Source: Chlamydiia bacterium (GTDB lineage Bacteria; Chlamydiota; Chlamydiia; Chlamydiales; JAAZZY01). Taken from it: a DNA stretch of 52,648 nt. Below, piece after piece: positions 29,611 through 38,503 of this stretch; the stretch's first letter is position 1, and each line of letters starts with the position of its first letter. Under the pieces are notes generated by a model. That model was given only the letters and a program-made list of their open reading frames with translations, was not told the DNA's origin and did not search any database. The stretch is from positions 1 through 52,648 of the forward strand of contig JAAZZY010000001.1 in the NCBI GenBank assembly GCA_014239035.1, given 5' to 3'. Made by a program: the position numbers and the translations under genes.

Positions 29611-30198
29611 ATGAAAAAAATAAAAAGCGCTCTATGCGGGGTCCTAGTTGCAGGTTCACTATTTGCATCGACTTCTTTTTTAGCAGCTGAATCAAATCAA
29701 CCCACTCAAGAAGAAGTTACTTTAAGTAATCATTCTGAATTGAATTCTACTATTCATGAGCTTGAGACGCTTTTTATCTTGATGCAAGAGCGCCTAGCTT
29801 TAATGCATGATCTTGCTCGCTATAAGTGGAATCATGAATTAAATGACCAAACACTTAGTGGAGAACTTTTCTCTGAGCAAAAAGATGCTCAAAGCTTAAA
29901 GCCCTTTTTATCTGCTCAGAATACAGCAGCAATGGAAGTGCAAAAACAAGATTTTGACCTCTTCAAAAAAGAAGGTATTGAGAAGTTTGAAAGTGTTAAA
30001 GATTTTAAATCAGAAATTCTACCTGAGCTTCAAGAACTTGATAAGAAAATACTTTCTTCTGCTGAAGTTCTTTTAACCTTTACTCAAAGTGAATCCTTAC
30101 CAGAATTTTTAAAAGATGTGTCTTTTAATTCATTTAAACAAGAAGGAATTGAAAGAAGCGTATACGACATTGCCGTATCACCTCTCTTTAACGACTAA
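29611..30198 (+). CDS. Secreted hypothetical protein (weak AroQ chorismate-mutase-like motif)
   Basis: 195 aa with a signal peptide. In QERLALMHDLARYKW the Arg-to-Lys spacing of 11 matches AroQ R28/K39 and an E sits at the E52-equivalent position. The R11 and R51 equivalents are absent, so function is uncertain. Confidence 0.3.
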   Translation: MKKIKSALCGVLVAGSLFASTSFLAAESNQPTQEEVTLSNHSELNSTIHELETLFILMQERLALMHDLARYKWNHELNDQTLSGELFSEQKDAQSLKPFLSAQNTAAMEVQKQDFDLFKKEGIEKFESVKDFKSEILPELQELDKKILSSAEVLLTFTQSESLPEFLKDVSFNSFKQEGIERSVYDIAVSPLFND

Positions 30199-30819
30199 TT
30201 ATCTATTTAGGAGCTCAGCTGAATCTATGAGACGGGCTCCTTTTTCTTTCATTAGCCCATAGGCCCTCTCTTCATCTCCCGGATTTAAATTAATGGCCTT
30301 ACAGCCATCTTTTACTATGACTACTTCATAGTCCAATTCAAGAGCATCAAGAACCGTTTGCAGAACGCAGTAATCTGTTGCAAGTCCTACAATAAAGAGT
30401 TTTAAAATATTGCGTTTCTTTAAATAAGTGTCTATTTCAGATGCAGGTTTTCTGTTTTGATCAAAAAAGATGCTGTAGCAATCAACATCTGAGCTAGTTC
30501 CTTTATAGAACTCTTCAGTAATTTTTTCCTGGTCTAGTGAATCTGAATACTGATAGCCCCACTCTCCTTTAATACAATGGTTAGGCCATAGCATCTGCTC
30601 AACACCATCTTTTACAACCGTCTCACCTATGGATTTATTCCATCTGCTAGCAAAGCTAACATGATCTTTGGGATGAGAATCTCTTGTAGTAAATACGTTT
30701 TCAAATAAAGGAATTAATTCGTTGATGACCGGAATAACTTGATCCGAATTGGGTACAGCAAGTGATCCTTTCGGTAAAAAGTCATTTTGCAAATCTACAA
30801 TTAAAAGAGCCTCATTCAT
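30199..30819 (-). CDS. pncA: Nicotinamidase/pyrazinamidase
   Basis: 206 aa with LLIVDLQNDFLPKGSLAV, WPNHCIKGEWG and GLATDYCV (Asp/Lys/Cys triad context). 4-nt overlap with pncB. Confidence 0.9.
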   Translation of the reverse strand: MNEALLIVDLQNDFLPKGSLAVPNSDQVIPVINELIPLFENVFTTRDSHPKDHVSFASRWNKSIGETVVKDGVEQMLWPNHCIKGEWGYQYSDSLDQEKITEEFYKGTSSDVDCYSIFFDQNRKPASEIDTYLKKRNILKLFIVGLATDYCVLQTVLDALELDYEVVIVKDGCKAINLNPGDEERAYGLMKEKGARLIDSAELLNR

Positions 30820-32279
30820 CGAGAGTGCCTAATTTTTTCAATCAACTTATTTTTAGTTTGGTAAAGGTTTTCTTCAAGACCTACCGGATACTGATGAGGA
30901 AATAAAAATCGTTTTAAACCGCTATGAAAAAAAGGCAGCTCTGAAATCATTTTACTTCTGATCTCTGTAAGTGTCGGAGACTCGTAGACTTTTTTCCCCT
31001 TTCTAAATATGGGCTTGAGTAAATCTTTTGATGGATCTTGGGCAGAAAAATTCTTTTTCTTAGTGGGATCTAACGGGTCAACAATTACCCACTTATCTTT
31101 TGGAGTTTCAAGCTCGTTATAAATCACATCGCCTAAGTAGCGCTTCTCTTTTGTGAAGCGTTTAATTTGTAAAATTCCAGGGTTTGTCGTTTTTCTCATT
31201 TGCTCGGAAATCTTTAATCGATATTTCCAATCTTGGCCAGGAGCTCTTAGTGCTGAAATCTTATAGACTCCGTCAAGTGCAGATTGACCTTTAGAAGTAA
31301 CAAGATTGGTTCCCACTCCCCAAACAGATATTTGTGCTCCCTGCTGGATAAGGTCTCGAATAATTGTTTCATCAAGCTCATTGCTCGCTAAAATAATGGT
31401 ATCTTCAAATCCTGCAGCATCAAGCATCTTTCTTGCTTCGATACTCAAATAAGCTAGATCTCCTGAATCAAGGCGAATACCTAAAAGTTTCTTCCCCTTT
31501 GCCTTTAATTTCTTACCCACTTCAATAGCATGCTGCACACCTTTAAGAGTGTTGTAGGTGTCTACTAGGAAAACGCAGCTGTTTGGCTGAGTCATAGCAT
31601 AAGTTTCAAAAGCTTCGAGCTCATCATCAAAAGCGAGTATCCAACTGTGAGCTTGAGTACCTTTTATGGGAATGTCATATAGCTTTCCAGCCATCACATT
31701 AGAGGTTCCTATGCAACCTCCGATATATGCTGCACGAGATGCAGATACTGCCCCATCAACTCCCTGTGCCCTTCTAAAGCCGTATTCTACAAATGGAGTC
31801 CCGCCTGCTGCAATGTATATACGAGCAGCTTTTGTGGCGATAAGCGACTGAAAATTTATGATATTTAAAAGTAGGCTCTCTAGAAGTTGGCATTGCAAAA
31901 GAGGGCCTTTAACGCGAACAAGAGGCTCATATGGAAATATAATCTCACCTTCTTCAACAGCGTCAACATCCCAGCTAAATTCTAGATTTTTTAAATATTT
32001 TAAAAAATCTTTGCAAAAACAAAGCTCGCCTTGTTCGTCTTCCATCTGCCCTAAAAAATTCAAATCTTCATCTGAGAATTTATAGTTTTCTAAGATCTGA
32101 ATCACATTTTCTAGGCCAGCTGCGATGGCTAAGCTTCCATTAAATGGGGGGCGACGAAAATGCATATGAAAAACGGCTTCATGCATATCAATACCTGCTT
32201 TCCAATAGCCATAGGCCATTGAAAGTTGGTAGAAGTCAGTAAGTAGGCATGGGGAGTAAGGATGTGCTATGTAGGACAT
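30816..32279 (-). CDS. pncB: Nicotinate phosphoribosyltransferase
   Basis: 487 aa with LLTDFYQLSMAYGYWKAG, GTQAHSWI and GIRLDSGDLAYLS, which are NAPRTase signatures. Confidence 0.92.
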   Translation of the reverse strand: MSYIAHPYSPCLLTDFYQLSMAYGYWKAGIDMHEAVFHMHFRRPPFNGSLAIAAGLENVIQILENYKFSDEDLNFLGQMEDEQGELCFCKDFLKYLKNLEFSWDVDAVEEGEIIFPYEPLVRVKGPLLQCQLLESLLLNIINFQSLIATKAARIYIAAGGTPFVEYGFRRAQGVDGAVSASRAAYIGGCIGTSNVMAGKLYDIPIKGTQAHSWILAFDDELEAFETYAMTQPNSCVFLVDTYNTLKGVQHAIEVGKKLKAKGKKLLGIRLDSGDLAYLSIEARKMLDAAGFEDTIILASNELDETIIRDLIQQGAQISVWGVGTNLVTSKGQSALDGVYKISALRAPGQDWKYRLKISEQMRKTTNPGILQIKRFTKEKRYLGDVIYNELETPKDKWVIVDPLDPTKKKNFSAQDPSKDLLKPIFRKGKKVYESPTLTEIRSKMISELPFFHSGLKRFLFPHQYPVGLEENLYQTKNKLIEKIRHSR

Positions 32280-32282
32280 GCT

Positions 32283-32627
32283 TTATAGTTGGGCCTCTAT
32301 CAATCCCTTTTTTCGAGACTCTAGCATATCAATTTGGGTTTGAAGTTCCAAGGCATTTTCTTTTGCCTCTTGTGCAAAGCCATCAGCCCTCTGAGCATCT
32401 TTAGGGCTTTTATTCCTAAAAAGGACTCGCTTTCGATGTGCTTCAAAACTTTTTTGCTTTTTTTGGTATTGAGTTTGCCACTTCTTAAGAGCGCTGATGC
32501 TGGTATCGAGCTCAACAATTTCTTTTTGGTAGTCAGCCAGGTTTTGCTCAGCGGACTCTTGATCGCAAAAGAGCGAGCATGCTGTGAGTAGTGTTAGGCA
32601 AAAAATTATACGAAAATATTTCTTCAT
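32283..32627 (-). CDS. Secreted/lipoprotein-like coiled-coil protein, paralog B
   Basis: I take the start at MKKYFRIIFCLTLLTAC (lipobox LTAC). It is a paralog of the upstream ORF (ELDTSISALKKWQTQYQ versus ELDEKINVLKRWQEGYR). Its stop lies 3 nt before the pncB start. Confidence 0.6.
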   Translation of the reverse strand: MKKYFRIIFCLTLLTACSLFCDQESAEQNLADYQKEIVELDTSISALKKWQTQYQKKQKSFEAHRKRVLFRNKSPKDAQRADGFAQEAKENALELQTQIDMLESRKKGLIEAQL

Positions 32628-32628
32628 C

Positions 32629-33015
32629 TTAACTTTTTGGGATAGGTTGATTATGACGCTGTAAGATTCCATTTCTTTGATCTTCTAGCTTACCAATGAT
32701 AACTTGTAAATCTTGCGCCTTTTGGTTAGCGTTCTCGGCCACTTTCCATAGTCTTTTTGCATCTAAGAGCTGATTATCTTCAAATTGAAGACGGTCAGCT
32801 TTAAATTGGGCCTGCTCAGCTGTCATTCTATAACCTTCTTGCCAGCGCTTTAAAACATTGATTTTTTCATCAAGTTCTGTGACCTGCGCTTGCCAGCTTG
32901 GCTCACTTGGAGCCTTGGCGGAAAGTGAAGATTGGCCCGTGCATCCAATATTGACAAAAGACAACAAAAACAGGACGAAAAAAAACTGACAAATTCTTTT
33001 CTTGTGAAGGATCAT
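32629..33015 (-). CDS. Secreted coiled-coil protein, paralog A
   Basis: 128 aa with a signal peptide ending ...FVNIGC, then a helical, Gln/Lys-rich region. It lies 1 nt upstream of paralog B. Confidence 0.6.
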   Translation of the reverse strand: MILHKKRICQFFFVLFLLSFVNIGCTGQSSLSAKAPSEPSWQAQVTELDEKINVLKRWQEGYRMTAEQAQFKADRLQFEDNQLLDAKRLWKVAENANQKAQDLQVIIGKLEDQRNGILQRHNQPIPKS

Positions 33016-33134
33016 ATTTATTAAGTTCTTTGTTTTAAGCTTAAAGTATTACAATTGATAATTCTAGTTCCACTAAAATCATCGCTAACTTTTACCTTAT
33101 ATGAAAGAATTTTTTCAATCATATTGCTCAAAAC

Positions 33135-33323
33135 TTAGACTCTATACTCTATTTTATTAGCTTTTTCTAAGGCGTAGTTTTTTGCCACTATGAAAGTCGT
33201 TAAGAAATCATCATCAGACTTGCTATCAATGGCTCTTTTAAGCAAATCTCCAAAGCGCTCTTGGTTAAAAAACTCTACTATAGCTTTAATTCTCAGAATA
33301 GAGGGTAGATATTGTTTGCTCAA
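33135..33323 (-). CDS. Hypothetical small protein (62 aa)
   Basis: ORF only, with no motif. A plus-strand ORF of similar size overlaps it, so coding status is uncertain. Confidence 0.25.
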   Translation of the reverse strand: MSKQYLPSILRIKAIVEFFNQERFGDLLKRAIDSKSDDDFLTTFIVAKNYALEKANKIEYRV

Positions 33324-33410
33324 AAAACCTACAAGAATATCTTTATCTGTATCAATATTCGTATATGAGCTGGTGTATTGTTAAATCGCTATTATGAACC
33401 AGAAATTTGC

Positions 33411-33971
33411 TTACTTAGCCGCAGCCTGCAACTTCTCATAGGCAACAATAACTTCTTCTAAACGTTCACGATCTTGCTCGGTAATAAGCCTTGAATCTTC
33501 CTTTGCTTTATCAATAGCCTCAGCAGCATGATCAAGAGAATTGTCTCTAGCTGCTGTTGAAAGTTTTGAATAATAGGCGTCTGTAGGAGTGATATTGTAA
33601 CTACCAGTGGAAGTACACTGAGGAGTAGCAATATAGACACATGTTTCAATCAAGCTTCCATCAAGTAGTTTCACATGTTTAAGTTCTCGAGAATAGTTGG
33701 TGGGGTAGCCTTCAGCTTCATCTAGCTTACCCATTAGACTTGAGTCTAGAATCTTATAGACAACACCTTGGACAAAATCATCTCGAGTCTCTACAAGATT
33801 TCCAAATCCAGCTTTTGATTTCATCCCCATTTTAGAAAATGTGAACTTATACCCATCTAGAATCCCTGCCCCTATTTTTTCACACTCTCCAAAAGATTCT
33901 TTAAAATAGCCTTCTGACATGTTGGCGCCATATCCAAAATAATATAATGAACTTGATTCATTCACACTCAT
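33411..33971 (-). CDS. Gamma-glutamylcyclotransferase-like (AIG2/GGCT fold) protein with a C-terminal helical extension
   Basis: 186 aa with YYFGYGANMS at the N-terminus, GVVYKI and LDEAEGYP, the typical GGCT/AIG2 pattern. Confidence 0.75.
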   Translation of the reverse strand: MSVNESSSLYYFGYGANMSEGYFKESFGECEKIGAGILDGYKFTFSKMGMKSKAGFGNLVETRDDFVQGVVYKILDSSLMGKLDEAEGYPTNYSRELKHVKLLDGSLIETCVYIATPQCTSTGSYNITPTDAYYSKLSTAARDNSLDHAAEAIDKAKEDSRLITEQDRERLEEVIVAYEKLQAAAK

Positions 33972-34031
33972 AAAACACTCACTTAGTTAACTATAATTCC
34001 CTTTAATTAATCTCATTATAAACAATTATCT

Positions 34032-36533
34032 ATAAAAAATAAACAATTAGCAGAAGGTCTAAATTTAAGTAAGCTTAGGAGCAAACTTAATAAAAAGCAG
34101 GATGATGATTCTGCAAAAAAGGGCCCATCTAAAAAAGCTGCTAAGAAAGCTACAACCACCGCTAAAAAAGATGCAAAATCTGTAAGTAGTGTAAAAAAAG
34201 AAGCTAAACCTGTAAGAGCAATAAAAGATGCTAAACCTGCAAGTGTAACAGACAATGCTAAAAAGTCTACGACACCTAGAACCCATACCCTTAAAAGCAA
34301 ACCTAAGGTTGTTCCTCAAGCAGAAGAAGCTCCACCTGAAGAAGTTATAGAAAATCCTAAGGTAGTAGAACCTGTTCAATTTGTTAGGAAGAAACCTATC
34401 AGTAGAGAGGACATCAAGCACGAACTGAGAATTGATCGACCAATCAAAATTAAGAGATTTGCTAAAGGTGAAGAACCTCCTAAAAAAAAGGAAGCCCCGG
34501 CCAAACCAGCAAAGCCAGCAGGACCAAAGTTTGAGAAAAAAGAGGGTGACAAGGACTTAAAAAAAACCTCTTTAAAACAGACAAAAGGTTTCAAAGATTA
34601 CAAAGATCTTCCGACTTTAAAAAAATCTCAGAACATGCCAGTTTTTGACTCTAGGAACCGTCAAGGACTTATTTCTCCTGATGAAGGAACATGGCAGCGT
34701 AGAAGAAGAAGACCAAGAACAAAAAAATCTTACCAAGAAGATACAACAATAAGACCAAGCAAATTAGCTGTAAGACTTCCTATTTCTATCAAAAACTTAT
34801 CAGCTGCTATGAAGATTAAGTCTTCTCAACTTATTTCTGTCTTATTCAAACAAGGGATTACTTTAACTCTAAATGACTACTTAGAGGACGAGACTACTGT
34901 TCAACTTTTAGGACATGAATTTACCTGCGAAATTGTAATCGATACCACCGAGCAAGACCGTATTCAAATCACAGATAAGCTTCTTGAACAAGAAATTAAA
35001 GATACAGATGATGAGAAATTAGCTATACGACCTCCTGTTGTAACCTTTATGGGACACGTTGACCACGGTAAGACTAGCCTCATTGATGCCATTAGAAAAT
35101 CTAATAGAGTGGCATCTGAAGCTGGAGACATCACTCAACACATTGGTGCATTCCAGTGCGTCACATCGCACGGTCCTATTACTGTCCTAGACACACCTGG
35201 GCATGAAGCTTTTTCTGCAATGAGAAGTCGCGGTGCTAATGTGACAGATATTGTTGTTTTAGTTGTAGCTGGAGACGAGGGAATTAAAGATCAAACTGTT
35301 GAAGCCCTCAAGCAAGCTAAGGAAGCTAAGGTTACTTTAATTGTAGCTATTAACAAATCTGACAAAGAAAATTTCGACACTGATCCCATCTATCGAGGCC
35401 TATCAGATCATGAACTGATTCCAGAGCAATGGGGTGGAAATACCATTATGGTTAACTGTTCGGCAAAAACTGGTGAAGGACTTCCTGAGCTCCTCGAGCT
35501 AATTGCATTACAATCAGAAATTCTAGAACTTAAAGCTAATGCTGATTTTAGAGCACGTGGTACGGTACTAGAGTCACAGGTTCACAAGGGTCTAGGCAAT
35601 GTAGCCACTCTCCTTATCCAAAATGGAACACTTAATGTTGGAGATGCTGTCGTATTTGACCACTACTATGCTAAGATCAAAACTTTGATCAATGATGTAG
35701 GGCAAAGAGTCCAACACGCAGGTCCCTCTACCCCCATAGAAATTACGGGGATGTCAGGACTTCCTGAAGCTGGCCACGAGTTCATTGTTGTTAGAACAGA
35801 AAAAGAAGCTAAGCAGATCTCAGAAATGAGAATTTTAGAATTTAAAGCTGGTATTTCTGATCATAGAAGAACTAAACAAAAAGATCAGTTCTTGGAAAAT
35901 GATCAAGTAGTTGTTAATAGGAAATCACTAACCCTTATCTTAAGAGCTGATGTACAAGGATCATTAGAGGCTCTAAAACAGTCACTTCTTAAAATTGAAA
36001 CTCAAAAGATTGAGCTCAACATAATTAGTAGCAGTGTGGGTGAAGTTACAGAATCTGACATTCAACTAGCCAAGACTTCTAACGCAACAATTATTGGCTT
36101 CCATACACGTATTGAGAGTCATGCAGAAGAGCTTATGAAAAACATGAATGTTGCGATCATGATGCCAAAAGTCATATATGAAGCTGTAGACACTGTCAAA
36201 GAACTTATGGTAAACAGCTTAGATAAAGTTACCCAAGAGAAAGACAAAGGTAAACTAGAAGTTAAAGCTGTCTTTAAAGCATCTCGAATTGGAAGAATTG
36301 CAGGTTGTGTAGTTCAAAATGCATCAATTCACAGGAACCACAAAGCAAGAGTTATCCGTGATGGCGAGACTATTTGGAGTGGTAATATTTCTTCCTTGAA
36401 AAGAGAAAAAGAAGATGTTAAGGAAGTCAAAAAGGGCATGGAATGTGGCGTAGTCCTAGAAAAATTCACTGATATCGAAGTTGGCGATATTATACAGTCC
36501 TTTGAAGTAACCTATCATGAACAAACCCTTTAG
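34032..36533 (+). CDS. infB: Translation initiation factor IF-2 (start codon unresolved; certain from ATG 34635 onward)
   Basis: The 34635-36533 ORF has the IF-2 G domain ([29 protein letters not shown]) and C-terminal domains. The same frame stays open upstream to the TAA at 34008-34010 (208 more codons, Lys/Ala/Pro-rich, beginning ..[19 protein letters not shown]) with no ATG/GTG/TTG. ATA at 34032 is the first table-11 start candidate. Confidence 0.9.
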   Translation: MKNKQLAEGLNLSKLRSKLNKKQDDDSAKKGPSKKAAKKATTTAKKDAKSVSSVKKEAKPVRAIKDAKPASVTDNAKKSTTPRTHTLKSKPKVVPQAEEAPPEEVIENPKVVEPVQFVRKKPISREDIKHELRIDRPIKIKRFAKGEEPPKKKEAPAKPAKPAGPKFEKKEGDKDLKKTSLKQTKGFKDYKDLPTLKKSQNMPVFDSRNRQGLISPDEGTWQRRRRRPRTKKSYQEDTTIRPSKLAVRLPISIKNLSAAMKIKSSQLISVLFKQGITLTLNDYLEDETTVQLLGHEFTCEIVIDTTEQDRIQITDKLLEQEIKDTDDEKLAIRPPVVTFMGHVDHGKTSLIDAIRKSNRVASEAGDITQHIGAFQCVTSHGPITVLDTPGHEAFSAMRSRGANVTDIVVLVVAGDEGIKDQTVEALKQAKEAKVTLIVAINKSDKENFDTDPIYRGLSDHELIPEQWGGNTIMVNCSAKTGEGLPELLELIALQSEILELKANADFRARGTVLESQVHKGLGNVATLLIQNGTLNVGDAVVFDHYYAKIKTLINDVGQRVQHAGPSTPIEITGMSGLPEAGHEFIVVRTEKEAKQISEMRILEFKAGISDHRRTKQKDQFLENDQVVVNRKSLTLILRADVQGSLEALKQSLLKIETQKIELNIISSSVGEVTESDIQLAKTSNATIIGFHTRIESHAEELMKNMNVAIMMPKVIYEAVDTVKELMVNSLDKVTQEKDKGKLEVKAVFKASRIGRIAGCVVQNASIHRNHKARVIRDGETIWSGNISSLKREKEDVKEVKKGMECGVVLEKFTDIEVGDIIQSFEVTYHEQTL

Positions 36534-36536
36534 TCT

Positions 36537-36926
36537 ATGAGCACATATAAAAGAACATTTCGATTAAATTCGCTTCTAAAAGAAGTCATCTCAGAAGTCA
36601 TAAGACAAGATGTTAAAAACCCTCATATACATGAGCTTTTAACTGTAACTGAGGTAGATGTAAGCAGAGACTTACATTCTGCTAAGGTTTATATTAGCGT
36701 CATTGGTCCCCAATCAGAAAAAGATAAAACACTTGAAGCCCTTCAATCAGCCTCTGGATATGTTGCTGTTGCAGCTGCTAAAAAAGTTACTCTCAGATAC
36801 TTCCCTCAACTTACCTTTAAACTTGATGAGTCTATTGAAAAACATATGCAAATAGATCAACTTTTATCCGAAATTAATCTCAAAAAAAATTCAAACACTA
36901 ATTCAAATGACACTCCAGGCCAATAG
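36537..36926 (+). CDS. rbfA: Ribosome-binding factor A
   Basis: 129 aa with RLNSLLKEVISEVI ... VTEVDVSRDLHSAKVYISV, the RbfA pattern. Position after infB. Confidence 0.93.
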   Translation: MSTYKRTFRLNSLLKEVISEVIRQDVKNPHIHELLTVTEVDVSRDLHSAKVYISVIGPQSEKDKTLEALQSASGYVAVAAAKKVTLRYFPQLTFKLDESIEKHMQIDQLLSEINLKKNSNTNSNDTPGQ

Positions 36927-37593
36927 TAGCTATGGGATTGCTCTATTAGACAAGCCCCCAAAAAAAACATCTTTTTACCTTGTAAGCTTTTTAAGACGTC
37001 TAACTTCGGTTAAATGTATTGGGCATGCAGGAACTTTGGACCCATTTGCTACTGGAGTCATGGTTCTACTTATTGGAAAACCCTATACACGCAAAGCCAA
37101 CGACTTAATTCTTTTTGAGAAAGAATATACAGCGCGCTTGCTCTTTGGCCAAGCAACAGACTCTCATGATCTAGATGGCAAAATTATTATGACATCACCG
37201 TTAGTGCCAACACTTGATCAAATTCAAAAAGAATGTGCTTTAATGCAAGGTGAGGTTTTGCAAACCCCTCCTATGTTCTCGGCTAAAAAGGTTAAGGGAA
37301 AGAAACTTTATGAGCTTGCAAGACAAGGTAAGGTTATTGAAAGAGAGCCCAAACGTGTTACAATATCCCTTGAAATTTTAGCTTATGAATACCCCTATTT
37401 AGATATTCATGTTACTTGCTCATCGGGAACATACATTCGTACCATTGCAGACGATCTTGGAAAAAAACTTGGCTGCGGTGCCCACCTAATAGAACTTACA
37501 CGCACACGAGTAGGCCCTTTTTATTTACAAGAATGCCAGAAGTGTGATGAACTGACAGATCCTCTTAATTTAAACTTAAGGCACCATTGGTGA
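36907..37593 (+). CDS. truB: tRNA pseudouridine(55) synthase (short form, no PUA domain)
   Basis: 228 aa with GIALLDKPPKKTS and GHAGTLDPFATGVMVLLIG (catalytic Asp). It overlaps rbfA by 20 nt. Confidence 0.93.
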   Translation: MTLQANSSYGIALLDKPPKKTSFYLVSFLRRLTSVKCIGHAGTLDPFATGVMVLLIGKPYTRKANDLILFEKEYTARLLFGQATDSHDLDGKIIMTSPLVPTLDQIQKECALMQGEVLQTPPMFSAKKVKGKKLYELARQGKVIEREPKRVTISLEILAYEYPYLDIHVTCSSGTYIRTIADDLGKKLGCGAHLIELTRTRVGPFYLQECQKCDELTDPLNLNLRHHW

Positions 37594-38498
37594 AATTTTC
37601 AACTAAGCTTTCAGAGCACTATGTATCCAACGACCCCATTGTTGTCACTATTGGTTTTTTTGACGGTTTTCATTTAGGCCATAAGCACCTTTTTAATAAG
37701 CTCTCTCAGATAAAAGGACAGACCGGCTATAGCTATGTCATTACATTCTCAAATCACCCGAACACAGTATTAAAGCCTGACACGCCTTTTCCCTTAATTT
37801 CGAGTAATGAGCACCGCATTGAGCTTATCAAAGAAGAAAGAGTCGACAGCCTTATCATGCTCCCCTTTACAGAAGAGCTTAAAGAGCTCTCTCCGGATGA
37901 GTTTATTTCCGAACTTTATGACAAACTTGCTTTTACCGATTTAGTCATAGGACCTGATTCTACGATAGGGAAAAATAAGGAAGGCAACTTTGAACTTATC
38001 ACTCTACTTAGTAAAAAGTACTCTTTCAAACTTCATAAGCTTGACTTTCTCAAAAGTGGCCCCTTAACAATTTCATCTAGCTTGATCCGCCAAAAAATTA
38101 TAGAAGGTAACCTAGAGCTAGTTTCAAAACTTTTAGGTAGACCCTATTCCATTTGTGCTCAAGTGGAAGAAGGTGAACAAAAAGGGCATCAGATTGGATT
38201 TCCCACTTTAAATTTTGAAGTAGATCAGCTCTCTTTACCACCATGTGGGGTTTACAAAGTATTTACTATTAAAGATAAAAAGAAGCAACTTGCTATTGCA
38301 AATCTCGGGTTTGCACCTTCAGTAAAAGATAGGTCCTCACCCATACTAGAAGTCCATCTTCTTGAAGGAACAAGCTACACTTATGGAGATCAAATTGAAA
38401 TCGTCTTTGAAGAATTTCTCCGTGGTGAGAAAAAATTCCATTCTGTAGATGAATTAAAAGAGCAGATTTCTAAAGACATTCAGAGCATTAAAACCTAA
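37587..38498 (+). CDS. ribF: Bifunctional riboflavin kinase / FAD synthetase
   Basis: 303 aa with IGFFDGFHLGHKHL and GFPTLNF. TTG (37587) or GTG (37590) start, overlapping the truB stop. Confidence 0.93.
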   Translation: MVKFSTKLSEHYVSNDPIVVTIGFFDGFHLGHKHLFNKLSQIKGQTGYSYVITFSNHPNTVLKPDTPFPLISSNEHRIELIKEERVDSLIMLPFTEELKELSPDEFISELYDKLAFTDLVIGPDSTIGKNKEGNFELITLLSKKYSFKLHKLDFLKSGPLTISSSLIRQKIIEGNLELVSKLLGRPYSICAQVEEGEQKGHQIGFPTLNFEVDQLSLPPCGVYKVFTIKDKKKQLAIANLGFAPSVKDRSSPILEVHLLEGTSYTYGDQIEIVFEEFLRGEKKFHSVDELKEQISKDIQSIKT

Positions 38499-38503
38499 TT
38501 TTT

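Noticed and set aside
32321-32591. Overlapping ORFs 32321-32518 (minus) and 32334-32591 (plus) within lipoprotein paralog B
   Set aside because: They are alternative-frame or antisense shadows of the better-supported paralog gene, which has a signal peptide and a paralog match.
34016-34594. Three minus-strand ORFs (34016-34300, 34065-34421, 34376-34594) with Leu/Phe/Ser-rich low-complexity products
   Set aside because: They are antisense shadows of the Lys/Ala-rich (AAA/GCT-rich) IF-2 N-terminal coding region on the plus strand.
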